From positions 1 through 64,000 of the forward strand of contig JAYWIR010000035.1 of assembly GCA_036172245.1 (NCBI GenBank): a stretch of DNA of 64,000 nucleotides, given 5' to 3'. The DNA comes from Raillietiella orientalis. Lineage: Eukaryota. The stretch's first letter is position 1, and each line of letters opens with the position of its first letter. The translations under genes were made by a program, and so were the position numbers. The notes beneath the pieces are model-generated. The model saw only the letters and a program-made list of their open reading frames with translations, was not told the DNA's origin and ran no database searches. Shown here one piece after another: positions 25,286 through 39,816 of this stretch.

Positions 25286-28200
25286 TGTCGATCAGCGTTG
25301 CGAGCTACTGACGCTGGTGTTATGGCGATCAGGGTAGCACATCTTTCTTTACTGAAAGTCATCGTAATCGTTGACTGTGGATAAGCGTACAATGCAATCC
25401 TAGTGGCCACATGCGAAACTCGCGATTGGAGGACTCAATGCATCTGGAGAACAAAGAAGACGCAAGGTTGAACGAGACACTGACTGCCAATTTGATTGAT
25501 TGGAAAGGCGTCACCTTCGAAGGAAAAAATAAAGTGGAACTGGATAGTTGCAACTGAAAATTCACAATCGGCATGCCTAGCTGCGATATGCAAAAGATCC
25601 AAGAGGCATAAGTTTGTAACATGGGTTTGCATTAGAACATGGTATTAGAGAAACAGTGGTGGGCGACGCAATGAACGAGAGCTTTTGCTCGAGCGCCTGG
25701 AAGAATAAGAAGTCAGTGTGACCCCTTTTGAGACTTTTGCTACTTCTGACTTCAAGGAAGGACACAGACGGCTTAAATCCCAAAGAATTTCAATAAGAAC
25801 GATTGGAAACACACTCACCCAAAAGGGGTTTCCGTTTTGGAAACGGACACAGAAGTTTCCAAGGACGGAACACCCAATGCATGAGCACGCGATCACTCAG
25901 ATGCAAACTCGTCATCTCGAGGGAATCTCCTTTCTTGAATGCCTAAATGAAGAAACCTAAATAGAAAGGGGAGTTGAAATTGCTGTGATGATTGCTTTCC
26001 AGTTGTACACGTGAGGAAAACCCAATAAAGGCAACACATACTCTTCCAGCGACCTTCCTTTTTCGATCAGTTCCCCATCATCCTCTGAAAAATCTACTCT
26101 GGGCATTAGAAATTGTCCATAGCGGAACGTCGTTACAGATGGAGAAAAACACCGTAGGCAACGGGGAGACGTAGTTGAAACAGATGACGTCAATTCTTGA
26201 TAGAAAAGAACCAGAAAATGGATTGAGCCTTTCTCCCTGGACCCTTTTGCTGTTTTAACCCACCAACGTTGACAGTATTAAGGTCATTACGGATAAACTG
26301 ATTTCAAAGCATATGTGTAATATTTCTCGGATTCTCCACAACTTTTCCGTTACAACAGCTGTCAAAGAAGAAGGTGCAACACTGATGCCGTTTATGACTA
26401 TCGGTGGAATCACTAATACCAGCCGAATTGCAGCATCCGCACGTGAATCCGCTTCAAACGAAACTACCATGAGCGCAACCCATGGTAGTTCATCCGAAAT
26501 GTTTGTTGGCCTAACATTGCGAACTCTGCCATGTGAATTCGGACGTTTACGAGAATCGATCATCTCTTCTAGAGGTTGGAAAAGAATAAACGCATTCATT
26601 GGCAAATGCTACTTTTTTAACCATCAAAACGAGTACACAAATGTAATGATGCTCACTTTGGACCCGTACAGCAAAGCGTCTTGATCATTCCGTTTCGATT
26701 GAATTGAGTTGAGCTTCTCATTCAAGGATTTGCCTTTTCTATTGCTATCTTGATCCTGGGCAACTCCCAGATCAACACGGCATCCCATACAAAGAGGCTA
26801 TGGAGTAGATCCAGGAATGCCTACTTCTGAGATGAAAGCGCGAACGATTCGGAGATTTCCATACGTCACCAGAGTGATTCGGAAAATTTTGCAAAGAATA
26901 GGAAAAAAACAAACAAACCAACGGAATAACTTAAAAATGCAATTTCAGAAAGGCTGTCTTTACTGTGAAATCTTCATCAAGGCGTTTGTTAATTTTTCCC
27001 ATCTCATTTTCAATCCTTGTAAATGTCTCTTCACGTGATGTGTCCAGAGTTTCCCAACACTTTTTTAATTCTTCACTCCATACCATACTGCTCATTTCTT
27101 GATAATTATCCTGGATAGCCTCTCTAGCAGATCGTAATTTCTTCTCTCTAATTTCATCTCCAATATCTAAAATAAATGGCAAACGCTGAAGTAACTCTAA
27201 CGGCGATACCCAACGACATTGGTGTTGCATATTTGTGTGCTTTCGAAAATTTACGTAAGGCTCGACCATAGCTACGAATGCTGACAAATTCGTTTCATCT
27301 CTATCGCAGTTACGAACAGACAGATTTCTCTATATCTATTGAATCAACGTGAGTAACGCTTTCGGAAACACCATGAATTATAAGGTCTTTAAAGAGCTCG
27401 AAAGGAGAAACTTCTCTCCTCTCGATGTAAAGCAGCAGCACATGAATACTGTAGAAAAAAAGAGAAAAGACAATGCATATTCGCACCCAAGATCTGCTGA
27501 TGTGTGTCGCACCTCAGGACTTCACTGTACGTTCCCATCAAACGAAGAGTCCTCTGAATCTTGCAGCACCGCGATTCATTTCAGAACAGCAACAAAATGG
27601 CTGCAGGCAGCATCATTGAAACACATTCCGCGAGAGTTGACCTGGCAACAGTTTTTCCGGTGCAGATGGCGCACAGCAAGTTCGCTGTGATGGTTAGGCC
27701 TGCATTTTCCTTCTACTCGAAATTTTCGTATTGCCTCAAAGAGAATAAGTCGAGCTGCACACTTTCCAATAGAAGCAAAGCATTCTTCAGCCAGTTATTG
27801 TTGCATCAGTGTTCGTGTAAATAATGTATTTAACAGACTGTCATCAAGAATCCCCATCGAGTGCATGCAAAGCAAGAAAAAACCGAATTTGTGAACCCAA
27901 AAATTCTGAACAATCTTGCGGCAAGAGTAATTCTATAAAGCTGTGTTATAGAGAGTCTGAGCCAGCAACGCCCGGGATGTCCAGCAAGGATTCTTGAAGA
28001 AGGAAAAGTGGGCATTGAGGGGGGGTTCTTACCATCCTCGAACCTCCAGCACTGCCTAAGCATACTGCAGTGAGCGGACAGGACGGTGCAGTGACCTGCC
28101 GGCTAAGGCCGCGGTGACACGAACTGACGTAATCGTCAGAGTAACAGTGCTTGTTTGCATGTTGGTTTCTTGTTCGTTGAATAAATTCACCCCAACGCCG

Positions 28201-30813
28201 GTCGGACTGCGGAGGCGGTGTTACAGAGAGACTGGGTAGTTGGGAAAAACTGGGAAACTGATGCTGCAAAATATACACACAAGTGCCATCAAGATAAAAA
28301 CTGTTACTGCCTCTTCACCTCTTTAGTGAGAATTGCTGTCATATTGCCATGATGCAGATGGATAGCGTCTTGCTATGCCTTATATTATTGGGGATAATAT
28401 TATTACTGATCACAACTTCTCAAGTTTTATTGCGGACAAAGGACAATCGAAACGCATTCGGAAAGTATTTGGAGAGGGCTTCCCGAAGGAGAATGATGGG
28501 ACTGTCCATTTATAATCTTCCTTCTATTTTTGGTTGCACTCTGATTTTCACGGTGCCTCATGGATGCGAAACATGGAATGAAAATGCCTGAACCATTCTT
28601 CCCAATCGGTTGCCTTCAAAGAAGCACGAGAAAAAATTGCAACATATCCAAACTGCTAGCCAGTTCGCTTGAACATTGAACGAAGGCAATAGTTCTTCGA
28701 AGCCTTCTGAACTTCGAGTACAGGCAGCGTGGAATTTTCGATTTCGAAGGTAGAAAGATGTGAAGATACGTTTTTTTTGTCTTTCTTAGATCCTGTGAAA
28801 GGAGAAACGGACCTCTGCCTGAGGAGGGCTGCATTCTTAAAGAACCAGATTTTCCTGGAAAGCCGCAGTCCTCCAGGCACAGACTCAAACGAAAAGTGTT
28901 GCACACATATTGATCATGTAGGAGGCCAACGTTCGAATTTGATACAAGTCTTTCCTTTCGCTCTTTCGAAGTTGGAATTGGTTTCCAATTAATTAAAAGC
29001 GGAAACAGCTGTCATGATTGTGGTTGAGACATGCTTTCATAACCATGAAATACATTGAGTATTCAAGTTGATTTAAGCCTTGGTTTCTCCTTGGAAATTC
29101 AGGTCCCATCAATACAATGGTTCTTCTTGAATTTTTCAATTCTTTGACATTTCAAGTACCGTCAGTGCATTATCTTGATTCTGCCTGTAAGCTTTATTGA
29201 AAAGTGTTACCAAATCAAAGTTACTCCAGTTATGATGACGACGAAGTCACCTGATGTTATCATAAGGAGGCAATAAGAGGACGAACTAAAAGTATTGATC
29301 AGTCATAATGTGTAACGAATTTGATTCTTTCTTAAAACTTTGAAATATTTAAGATCTGTGTTATTTGTAAGAATGTTTACCAATGTGCCACCGAGTGCAA
29401 ATCAATAAAGGATGGCTGCATGAATTAGCAATAGGCATTATGTTGAGTTGCCTTTGGTATGTAGACAAAATGCTTGTTTTGGACAGAAAAAGGATGTGAC
29501 ACAGGTCGACAAGGCTTTCAAGCACCACTGAGAAAATCTATCCAAATTATAAGGCAATGATATGTAACAATGTTGTCAAGAAAGGAAAGGATACCAACAT
29601 CTCCCAGACAGTAAGCCAGATTACATTTGATGAAACGAAACAGCCTTTTGCAAGTGAGAAAGGATGTTTCGGCAATGTCTGGACGCATTGTCAGCTCTGC
29701 ATGCAAAACCCACGTTCTCCTGCCCTTCCGCAAAGTAGAACGTTCCTGAAGGAAGAGGGCAAACTTCCATTGCCGTTTCATCGAAGAAGATTGCTCCCCA
29801 AAGGCTGTAGCTGATCTCAGCAGCCATACAACAGAGCACTGATCTCAGTTCTGAACACCCATGCCCGGGATTCGACGAATTCACTCGAAATGGTCAAGTC
29901 CAGCACCGTCGTGGAAAAGACATCTCATACAGTCTACCGCGGAACGCTGAGCAGAATCCTGGATTTGGTTCAATTATCCTAGACAGTTCTGCAGCAACTT
30001 GAAGACCGTTGTGGAAGGAGCAAACGTCCAAGAACTGATGAGCCGTCTTCCACGTAGTTGCCCCAAGCCTCTTGCCTCCCGTATGTTGCATGGAAGCCCA
30101 CTGCGCTTGTTCTGACACACAGGTGGTTCGGGGAAAGCAAGATGAAGGAAAAATTCCTCACTCCTCAGGAGAACGTCGATGGATCTCGTCTTCATAAAGG
30201 AAGAGGCAGATCGGAACTGTAGCCACAACATCGCAGAGCTAACGAAAGGAGAGCTGGATTTACAAATCACTCTCGGAGATCAATAGTACTGCTGTCAAGC
30301 ATCCTCGTGCAGATGGTGCCGGGATTCCGAGTGGTCGATTCCATCAATTACCTGAAAGTCCGTCCACATTGGCTTTGCATCAGCAGTCCTGCAGAGGAAA
30401 CAGACCCTGGGACAGACGATGGAAGAAACGAGTAAGGTCAGTCGTTCCGACTTTAGCCTAAAGGAAAGGACAAATCTATGGAATCATGCAGATCCCAACA
30501 CCCTGTCTGGAACGATCTAATCCCACCTAGGACTTAGCAAGCAGCTGCAAAGCATCCAAAGTGATTCGATATTAAAGGAAGTCGAATCGTACGAACACCC
30601 ATCCTGCCGTCCAAGGGCAGAAGATAACAACGAGATGAAGAAACGGGAGAACGCGTAAAAGTTCTTAAACGCGGAGTGGCTGCAAAGGAGAAAGAGCACT
30701 CACTGCTGAAGAGTGCGAAAGGCTCGCTCAGAGTAACAAGGGTTCGTGCAAGAGGATCCACAGAATGAGCGGACGCTGGAAAACTCGGATGCCAGACGCC
30801 ATTCGCTTTAGAG

Positions 30814-30924
30814 CAGTGCTTCCCAAACTTCTTTGGACTACCGCCCCTTTTTCAGATAAAAAATTACTCAACCCCCCCTGAATCTTTCCAGCGCCCACCA
30901 GGGGGTGGTATCGCCCACTTTTAG
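30814..30924. mobile_element. hAT (Buster/Charlie-type) MITE with damaged right TIR
   Basis: Starts CAGTGCTTCCCAAAC. Flanked by the 8-bp direct repeat ctttagag (30806-30813 and 30925-30932) with central TA, typical of Buster-group targets. Confidence 0.75.
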
Positions 30925-32160
30925 CTTTAGAGCATGAAACGTACAGTCATGCACCGAGCAAATCAGGAAGCATCGGAGAAGACGAGGTCAACGCCGAGAA
31001 CGTCGACCTCCTGACCATTGGAACAACGCTGTGGAAGCTTCCTCTGAAGATCCAGGACTAGGTCTGCTTTACCAGGCAGCTCCTGTCGGAGCAAACGTGA
31101 AACGCTGGTCAGAACCCTCAAGAAGGGTTCAGCAAGTAATTTGTCAAGATTGTGAACTGAATCCGCATGCTCGCCTGCCGAATACTGCGGCTTGATTGAC
31201 AAGCGTGAAAGGCAACAAGCATGTCAAACAGGACCAACGTGGACCCTTTATGTGGACTCTTCCGGAGAGGGAACAGCCCCCTCGGGCAACCCAACTGTCG
31301 GGACAAGCATCGCCTTCCTTGTCAGAATCATCCTAATAAGGGGTACTATGCAGATGAGAGAACCTAACGGCACAGAACTAGCGACAGATCTACTACAGAA
31401 GGAAATCGTCAACAGTTTGATGAAGTTCTAAGTACGTAGACATACCCTATCCTCTGAAGGAAACGAGTTAGTGCACAATTGCTACAAACAAATTGGGAAC
31501 TGATCGATAATAGTGTATATGTAAGAAAACACATGTGATGAAAGTTAATTATGAACAAAAGTGCTCCACTGCTTGTCGGTTGCGAAAAACCCATGTTTTG
31601 GATAAATTGTCTTAAATCTGAGTTAACTCGACGTAAAATTGAAACGTTTCACTTTCCAGTTCCCCTTAATCGACATTTTCCAAGCTTTTACTTCATGTCA
31701 ATTAAAAAATTATCAAAATTTCGAGATGTCGAATAATTTCGAAGAATGATGAGTATCATTTGCTGAGATCATGTTTTACACTTAGTAATCCAAGGAGGGT
31801 CGTTTTCTCCTCATGCTGATTTCGCATCTTTTACATTGCATTGGCATAATTAACCTCACTTGAATAGAGAAAGATTCGTGATATAAATACTCTAATTACA
31901 TACTTTTCAAATGCATTTTTCCTGCATTGGATTTTCCAAGCTGATACTTATGGCAAAAAATCCATTTACGTTTTAATTTGCTTAGCAAAGAAATTCGTTA
32001 TTCTGAAGAAACAACTTAGTCATATACATTTTAAGACATCATATCAATATATAATTTATTTTTACTGCCTTACATATGAAACGCAACATTATTAGCAGAA
32101 TGAAATACATAAAACAGTCCAAATGCATAAATGAATCATAAAGTTGAATTCTTTTAAAAT

Positions 32161-35100
32161 CTATTTTTCATTCCATACACCAGTGCATTTGGATTTTTGT
32201 TGTTGATAAGCAATGGCCAAGTTTTCCAATGATGAACTGTTTCTCTACATTCATGAATTCAAAGGAGAAATTCAAGAGAAAATTCATTAGCAACTTACAT
32301 TTGTGAAGAGATGCTTAACTGGGTTAACATCAGCCAATGGGACTAGAGTAGGACGACCATGTGCACACTGAAAAGGCAAATGGCATTTGCCCAAATCTTG
32401 CACTAAACTTTCCATTTCTTCTGCTTTCAATGGTTGACCAAATTTTAGAGCACCTGAAAGTCCGGTTTGGAACATTGTAAATACCAACAGTTGCATTACC
32501 GCGGCATGCCTGTGTATTCAAGACGTTAACAAATGCCTGAGGTAATCTATTAAGGGAACACATTCTGGTATCAAAGCTTGAATGGAACAATTCTGAGAAA
32601 GCTGCAATTAAAATCTGTTGCAAACTAAACTATTCAAGTGTGAGCTTGGCAAGATATTGCATATGAACTTACTTTGCTTTTTGTATCTTTCCAAACCAAA
32701 AACACAGGAACATGCGTCACCAATACTTCACCAGCATTGAGAATGGAAATTCTGATTCCAAAAAACATTAGTACTTCTGGAATGCTTTTTAAGAATTCGA
32801 TTATATCTTCCGATAGCACAAGTTTTAATGGTGGATCAAGATATGCCATAGAAGTTTGTCCATCAGCAAATGCATCTAAAAAAAAAAAATTATATACACC
32901 ATTGTTTACGGAAAAGTAAAAAGTTTTGACAAATATTAGCAATGAGCTATGTAAAGCAGTTCTGGAGCATGTACATACCAGCATACAACTGTTCTAGGCA
33001 CACACGTTCATGAGCTGCATGCTGATCAATAAGTAACAATAATAGCTGCTGCTCCACCAAGCACTTAGTAACTATAAATTGATGTTGAAACTGTCCAATA
33101 ACCTAATGCAATGACTAGTTAATTAGAAGACATTTGACAGTATTACCTCCATTGAATCAAATATCTCAGAGTCAAACTTGAAGCTTTTGGTGAAGGATTG
33201 GGAAGTGAATATATCTTCCAATAATGGTTGAGACACAAAATCCCAAACAGGGTTTTTCCATTGCACTAAAAATGCACGTAATTTTGGATCTATGTCTTCA
33301 GCTTTCATAGACCCAGTAACAGGAATTCGATTTCTGGGATTTCTGGGAAAAAATGGGGTCATTTCATGAATAAGACTGTATGACTGAAATGCTGAGAATG
33401 CTACTTTCCAGGGAATGGAAATTTCATCTGATGTCTCATTAATCACCACTTGAGATTGCACTGCATTCATGGTTGTCAAAGAATCACTGTGATTAGTTTC
33501 CTTTTCAAGTAAAATCTCCTTTATTTGAGTGCTACTTAGTTTAGAACTTGTCTCATCTGGTAATGTAGCTTTTTTGATTTCATCTTCATCTTCACCTAAT
33601 GTTGTGATCATACTATGAGAAAGAACTGATTCGTCTTTCTTCCAGTAATCAAAATGATTTACTGACAAGGAATTCTCATTTGTCTCAACTGATGAAACAC
33701 CACAATTAGATAGTTCTTGTGACTGCTCTGATAATTCATTATTTGCTAACAGTGGCATTTCCATTTTCTGGATAGACCTTGTAGAACTCGAATTCACTGA
33801 GGATATTTCTTTTCCTGGGTTATATTTCTCACATGGAGTTTCACTGACTACACAGCAATAAGAATTTTGTCCAGGTTTTGAATAATCCAAGTACTTTGAA
33901 GTGGTATCCTTCAAATGAATATCATGTTCTTTCTTTTCTGTTACTTGGTTTTTCTGATGCTTAAAATACTTTAACTTTTCCGCAATTGAGGTGTGAAATC
34001 GGCTTTCTTTGGTTGATTCAGATTTCATTAGATGAACTTTGGTGGACAGTGGTAAAGCTACACTTCTGGTTCGTTTGGCACATAATCGCTGTTTGATTTC
34101 AATTTTGGGTAATTTTTTCCTGTATCTAGTAACAGTATGAAGTGTTGGAGTTGAATGCAACAGGTCCTTTCTCCCATAAAATACATTCTTGGACATAACT
34201 GATTGTGGGCTGTCATCTGGCATTGTGTTCCTTGGCAAATCACATGATTCAAAACCACTCTGAGCATCAGGATTACAATTATTCATATGAACAAATTCAG
34301 TATGTTTATCATACCAGGTGGATCTTTTCCCTATGTCCTTATAAGTTGGTTCTTTACCATCTTCTACATCGGTTTTAACATTCTTCCTTTTGAGGATAGT
34401 GTTTTCACGTTTTGCAACATTTCCCTCATGAGATTTCAAAAAATCGGAGGTCGAGATCGATTTTCCATAAGCTTGCAAGTTAATTTCCAAATCATGCTTA
34501 TTAATATTTCCTTCTGTTCCTACAGGATTTACTTCACTACTCATTGAAGTATACTTGCGTGCTTTGCATTGCAATTGCTTTAACCAGTTTGCAAAGCAAT
34601 CTTGCAAAGCATGAACTACTTGATCTTGTTCCTTAATTTCAAATGAGTTTCTTAAGTCTTGAAAACACAGTTGTGAATACTTCAAAGGCACAGAAATGTT
34701 CAGCACATAAACTCCCAACTTAGTATTTTCAAGGACAGAACATTGAAGAAGAGTATGAGTTTTTAAAACACATATGCATTTATTAAATAGTTCTTTTATC
34801 AACTTATTAAGAAAGGATTTCAGCAGACGCCTTCCATTAACAAATAAGAAATGAAAAGATTTAGTATTTACAGGTAGTCCTATGTATCCTTCAACAGAAA
34901 TCATGTCTTTCTTTGATGTGACTTCCACTAAATTCTTGGCTTGCTCTTTTCCAAAAAGCTGTATGATTCGATCAATCATGGACTGAACACCTTTTAAATT
35001 CAAAAATACTTTTCCTGTGATGGCATTTTTACAACAAAATGATATCTGAGGATGTGTAAGAGAAATTCCCTCAAGAATTCTTTTAATGTTTTCTATCTCC

Positions 35101-35711
35101 AAGGAAGAATTTATAGTTTTCCTCCTAACAGGCAGATTATACATGAAATCATGAACTATAATTGTAGTTCCAGAATGTTCTGCCTTTTTGTTTAACTTTT
35201 TTTGTGAGCAGAGTTTCCCTTGCACAAAAGTTTTATTCCAAATACCTTCTGTACCATTAGTACAGGTTATAACTTCGACAAAAGACGAAACTTGGATTAT
35301 GCTAACAAGTGCCTCTCCAGAGAAGCCATAGGATTTGACAGCTTGTTCTAAATCAGATGTGGACTGGCATTTGCTGCTATAATACCTACAAACAATTAAT
35401 AAATGTTTATCAAAGTATATTTAAATAAGCAATGTAGAATGAGGAGGGAACTGTTAATTGTGTATCTAATGAGATCAAATAGTGAAATCAGAATACCTTT
35501 CCCCCAAATGAAGTAATGAAGATGGTTCTATCCCACAGCCGTCATCGACAATTTCAACTTTAAAATAATGATCCAAATCTAGTGTGATGGCTACATCAGT
35601 GGCATTTGCATCAATCGAGTTGAATGTCAATTCCTCAATGCATTTGGAAGGGGTATGTATTTTAAAACTAGATCGTATGAATTCATTACACGCTTTTGGC
35701 AATTCTTTCAA
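32161..35711 (-). CDS. MLH3: DNA mismatch repair / meiotic crossover endonuclease MLH3
   Basis: Exons ~35711-35497, 35385-33147, 33102-32979, 32875-32673, 32629-32500, 32453-32299, 32244-32161, all GT-AG and frame-consistent. GHKL motifs EELTFNSIDA, DDGCGI, YGFSGEAL, FMYNLPVRRK. Endonuclease motif DQHAAHERVCLE, plus ACRGALKFG and PFQCAHGRPT. True start lies upstream and is uncertain (candidate ATG exon near 35969). Confidence 0.93.
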
Positions 35712-36599
35712 GTTCGAATGCTTGTCCAGATTGGTAATTAAAAGACCCTTTATAACTACATTGAGAAAAATTCGTTCTTGATAAATGCCATTACTATTAA
35801 TATATTAACCACTGTGACTAGTTCCTTAAGTTTGATCAATAAGACCACATTGATTTGAACAGAATACAAAAGTGTTCCACGGATTCTTGAAGTTACACAC
35901 GCACGCTTAATAAATTATACAATCTGTAGTGCGTGATTTCAATTACTTTTCCCGGGGCACCGACTTCATCTCCAGATTTTCAAATTCCACACCGGACTCC
36001 GGGATGCAGATTTAGGCTGAAAAAAATTCGAGAACACAAAAAAAAGAGGGAGGGGGAGTTTGAGCGAAGTTTTACTAAACATCCATGATCCTTAGTACAT
36101 GGTAATTTTTTTCTACAAATAAAAAGCTTGCTAAAATAACTGAAAATTAGTAGAGGCATGATTTTGAGATGAATTCACAGAATAACTTTAAGAAATATTA
36201 TGAAGAAATCATCCTGAAATAATGCTTGAAATTTCCAAAGTTAAATTGAACGAAGCTCATACATTTGCAGATTGATACATCAATGTGTTGTAAGACTAAA
36301 ATTGACACAAAAAAGTATCCAAGCACCAGGAACGTTGAATGCTATTTTTCTTCCTATTTTCTGAGTTAATAAATTAATTATATAAATAAGTATTGCCATT
36401 TGGTGAACAAAATATCAGCGATAGCTGATATTTTCTTTACTAAAATATTAGTAATCATCAATAGCATTAATTTACTAAAAATATTAGGAAATCAATTCTC
36501 CCTTTTGGTCTCATTCTCTTCTTTTGAGTCTTCACCAGCAATAAACTTATTACACGGATTTTGAGTTATTAGCCATAGACTAGGAAAGCATTAACATGA

Positions 36600-37950
36600 G
36601 TATGAATCGAGATTTTCATATGTACATCCTTAAGGACTTAAGATGGGTTTCTGAGATACAAGTCATTCATGAGGTAACTCTGAGATGGTAGAAATATATG
36701 AAAGAAAAGCTAAAATCTTTTGATATTATGAGCGAGCAAGGTGATTGTACCGTAAGAATTCCTTATCACGTCTATGAATTGTACATTTACATTTCAGTTA
36801 CTTTTGAGCAGGAAAAACACATTTTCAGCTATCATTCGCGATTATTTATTCGTTGGAAAGAATAATGGGTTCATTAGCAAATATCAACATAATTAAGCAC
36901 TGATAATAACTTATATCTAGCATTATTGATTGTAATATTCTTGAGTATTCTTGAAATGAAGAAGAAATGGCTGTTCAAGACATCAAGATAGAGCATTTGG
37001 TTGAAATAATGGAGGTTCTGTTGTGTAACAGAAATTCACATTGAGGAAGACGAAAATTCACATTGAAATCCATGATATTTTGATAGTCATTGAAACCATG
37101 GCATCCTTTTATTTTCTAGTAATGAAATAACATAATGATAATTAATCAACAACATAATAATGATAATTAACTCTGCTCTTTCTTGAAGTACAAAAACGTA
37201 GTTGATGAACTTGAAATTACTTTTTTCAGTTCCTTGATCTATATTTCAGTTATTAAATCTTGATTACATGTTTTATACAATCATTTAAAAGACGTTGTTG
37301 AATTCTGTTGATTGTTTTAAATCTTTATATTTCAGCGCCTGTTGCCGACACTGTCATTGCTGAGTTTTGTCTTATCAATTTTCGTTTTTCTTAACTAATG
37401 AAAAAAATTGTTTATGCACATATATCTCTCGCTGATAATTTTTGACCTTATTGTGAAATCTACTTGCTTTCTAAATTGCTGACTAACTGTCAGTAGACTC
37501 AAAGGATTTTGAGATTCAAATGATTCAAATAGCATTTGATAATAGAATGGAACCCAAATCCCTAAGCTGATTGCATCCTTAGTTTTTTCATGGTAAATTG
37601 CAGCCGTTAGCGACGATTGGATTTTTTTCTCTTTGTCCTTGGCTTATTTCAAACAACTACTCTTCCTCCCATAACCCAACTGAAAGTCTAGAGATGCAAG
37701 ATACACAGGACCTAGAAACCTTGGATCATTAGATTTGCTATTCCAAAAACAAGATTCTTAGGCATCAGTTCTTAATTTCCGATAAAAATGACAGGTTACT
37801 TGGATCATAGTTTATTGCTAAATAGTCATGATTTTCTTATAACAAATAGTGCAGAAGACGCAATACAGTTCTAAATCCTTCCTTTAAAACAAGATCGCCA
37901 TCACTGTTCATCAGATATCTTTCTTAACCCCGTCTTTCTTACGTGATTTT
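36600..37950 (-). mobile_element. Highly decayed hAT (Buster/ZBED-like) transposase remnant
   Basis: Minus-strand fragments LYCVFCTIC, KLSNDSVGNR (cf. LSNDTVxRRI) and CTIHR (cf. HCxIHR) occur in the expected order. Many stops. Confidence 0.45.
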
Positions 37951-39788
37951 ATTAACAACGAGTTCATCAGTAGTGTGTGTGTAATTCTCTACTGTTATTA
38001 CCTAATGAAAGCAAATGCTAATTCGGTATTTGGCAAACGTTGCTGATTATTCTGATTGAAAATTCCAACATTTCCAAAAATGCCTACTGAACTGTGGAAA
38101 ATGCAAAAGATTTTTGAATGCCAACCTCGTTAAAAGCATGAACTCCTTAGGTTTCAATTAGATCAATCTGAAATTTCCTTTCAAAATCAAGAGGAAAATG
38201 AAAAGCAGGTAAGAAAAGCATCCTTCTTTCTTCATTAATGACAACTTGGTCCGAAGTCTTAAGCTAAATTTCAGTGTTTCGATTTTTGATAGAGCATCTC
38301 TCCAAACGCTTTCGAAATTTCGAACCTAAATCGACATCTTTGTGAGCAATCTAATTAAGATTCCCGTGCACATCATAGGGTGGGTGCTACTGTTACTACT
38401 TGATTTGTTGTTTATCCATGCTAGTTCAGTGCATCCAAATGCCCCATCATATCGATTATGAATGGTGAATCCTCTGGTCAATTCTCTTGTTTGTTTGTCT
38501 GTGTCTTCACTTCTAATCTTAAATGGCATGGGTTCACTTCACTACTCGAACTACATTTGCTGCATAACGGGGTACGTTAATGAATATTCATTGGGCAGCA
38601 TCTTTTGGTGTACTGAATCATCAATACTTGTTATACAGTCATTTCATTCATTCTCTAACAAGTTCTTATTACGAAATTCAAAACCATCCATGTCTAAAGC
38701 AAACAAGTACAGTCATCGAAAGGCTACATTTTATCTACTAGTTTAGTATGCATTCGTCGGATATATCTTAACTGGTTACAGTGTGAAAGAGTCCGAAAAC
38801 CCTTCAATAGCTTTCGAGTTTATGTTGCAGTGACGATTAGGACTATTTGGTGGTGTCGATTTCATCAGTCATGAGCAGCAACAGCTGAGACTGAGCCGAT
38901 TCCGACTTTAACAGATTTCCCGGATCAGTAATGGGAATGCTCCATTCTGGAGAGTATGTGGTAGAGATAACCACGTATTCAACGAAACTCGAACATCCTT
39001 TGGGATAAAATTCGCTCAGCTTTTCGAATACATCCCTCACTCAAACAAGGTTCCGTGAATGAATTCCTTGGTCACTGGTTCAGTAACACCAATGGCATCC
39101 ATATATGCAACATTCCTTTAGCCTCTTCAGCCCCATTTTCAAATAGTCTTTCGCGCACGCTGAGCCACGCGCACCCTTTTTGAAATCCCAGATCTTCAGT
39201 CTTTTCGATTTCGTAAAAAAAACACCCGGTTGTTTAGTACCATCCTTAGACGTCAGTACCCATCGCCTGTTACATGCTACCAAACAACCTATAAATTCAA
39301 ACATATTGTTCGTTTCATGGTACAGATGGAAAGCAGCTGTCATTCGTTTGTGAAGCGCGACGCTCAACGTGAATCTTTTTTGCGTTTCGGTTATGCTTAA
39401 TTCCACCATCGGCAACTGCGTACTTCAACATGGATGGTTTTTATGCCCTGTGGTGGAGTGAAGATCGAAGAGCGATGCGATCACGCTTCATGGCAATCAT
39501 ACCGAAACAGAACCATGAAGGAAGTTGAACCGTTAAAAAAATATGCCTCGAGATCTAGTAGAAATCTGTCTCTGCTGCCGGTACTGATTTCTGCCCGCAG
39601 AAAGTTCCGTAGATACCTGCACAGAATGTGGATATATGTGTTCATGAAGGATCATCATTATGAAGGAAAAACGGAAATAGAATGCCAATTTCATGCGACT
39701 GACTGCTCTAAACTTCACATAGAACAGAGCCATCAGGTTCGATGAAAAATGGCTTGAAATGGGAAAATTCTTCAGGGCACCAGATTTT

Positions 39789-39816
39789 GTACCTTATAAG
39801 GTACCTTATAAGGTAC
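39789..39816. repeat. Perfect 28-bp palindrome built from tandem 12-mers
   Basis: gtaccttataag gtaccttataag gtac equals its own reverse complement. Confidence 0.9.

Noticed and set aside
38843..39415. Two protein-like minus-strand ORFs (possible nuclease-family pseudogene)
   Set aside because: I could not assign catalytic motifs with any confidence.
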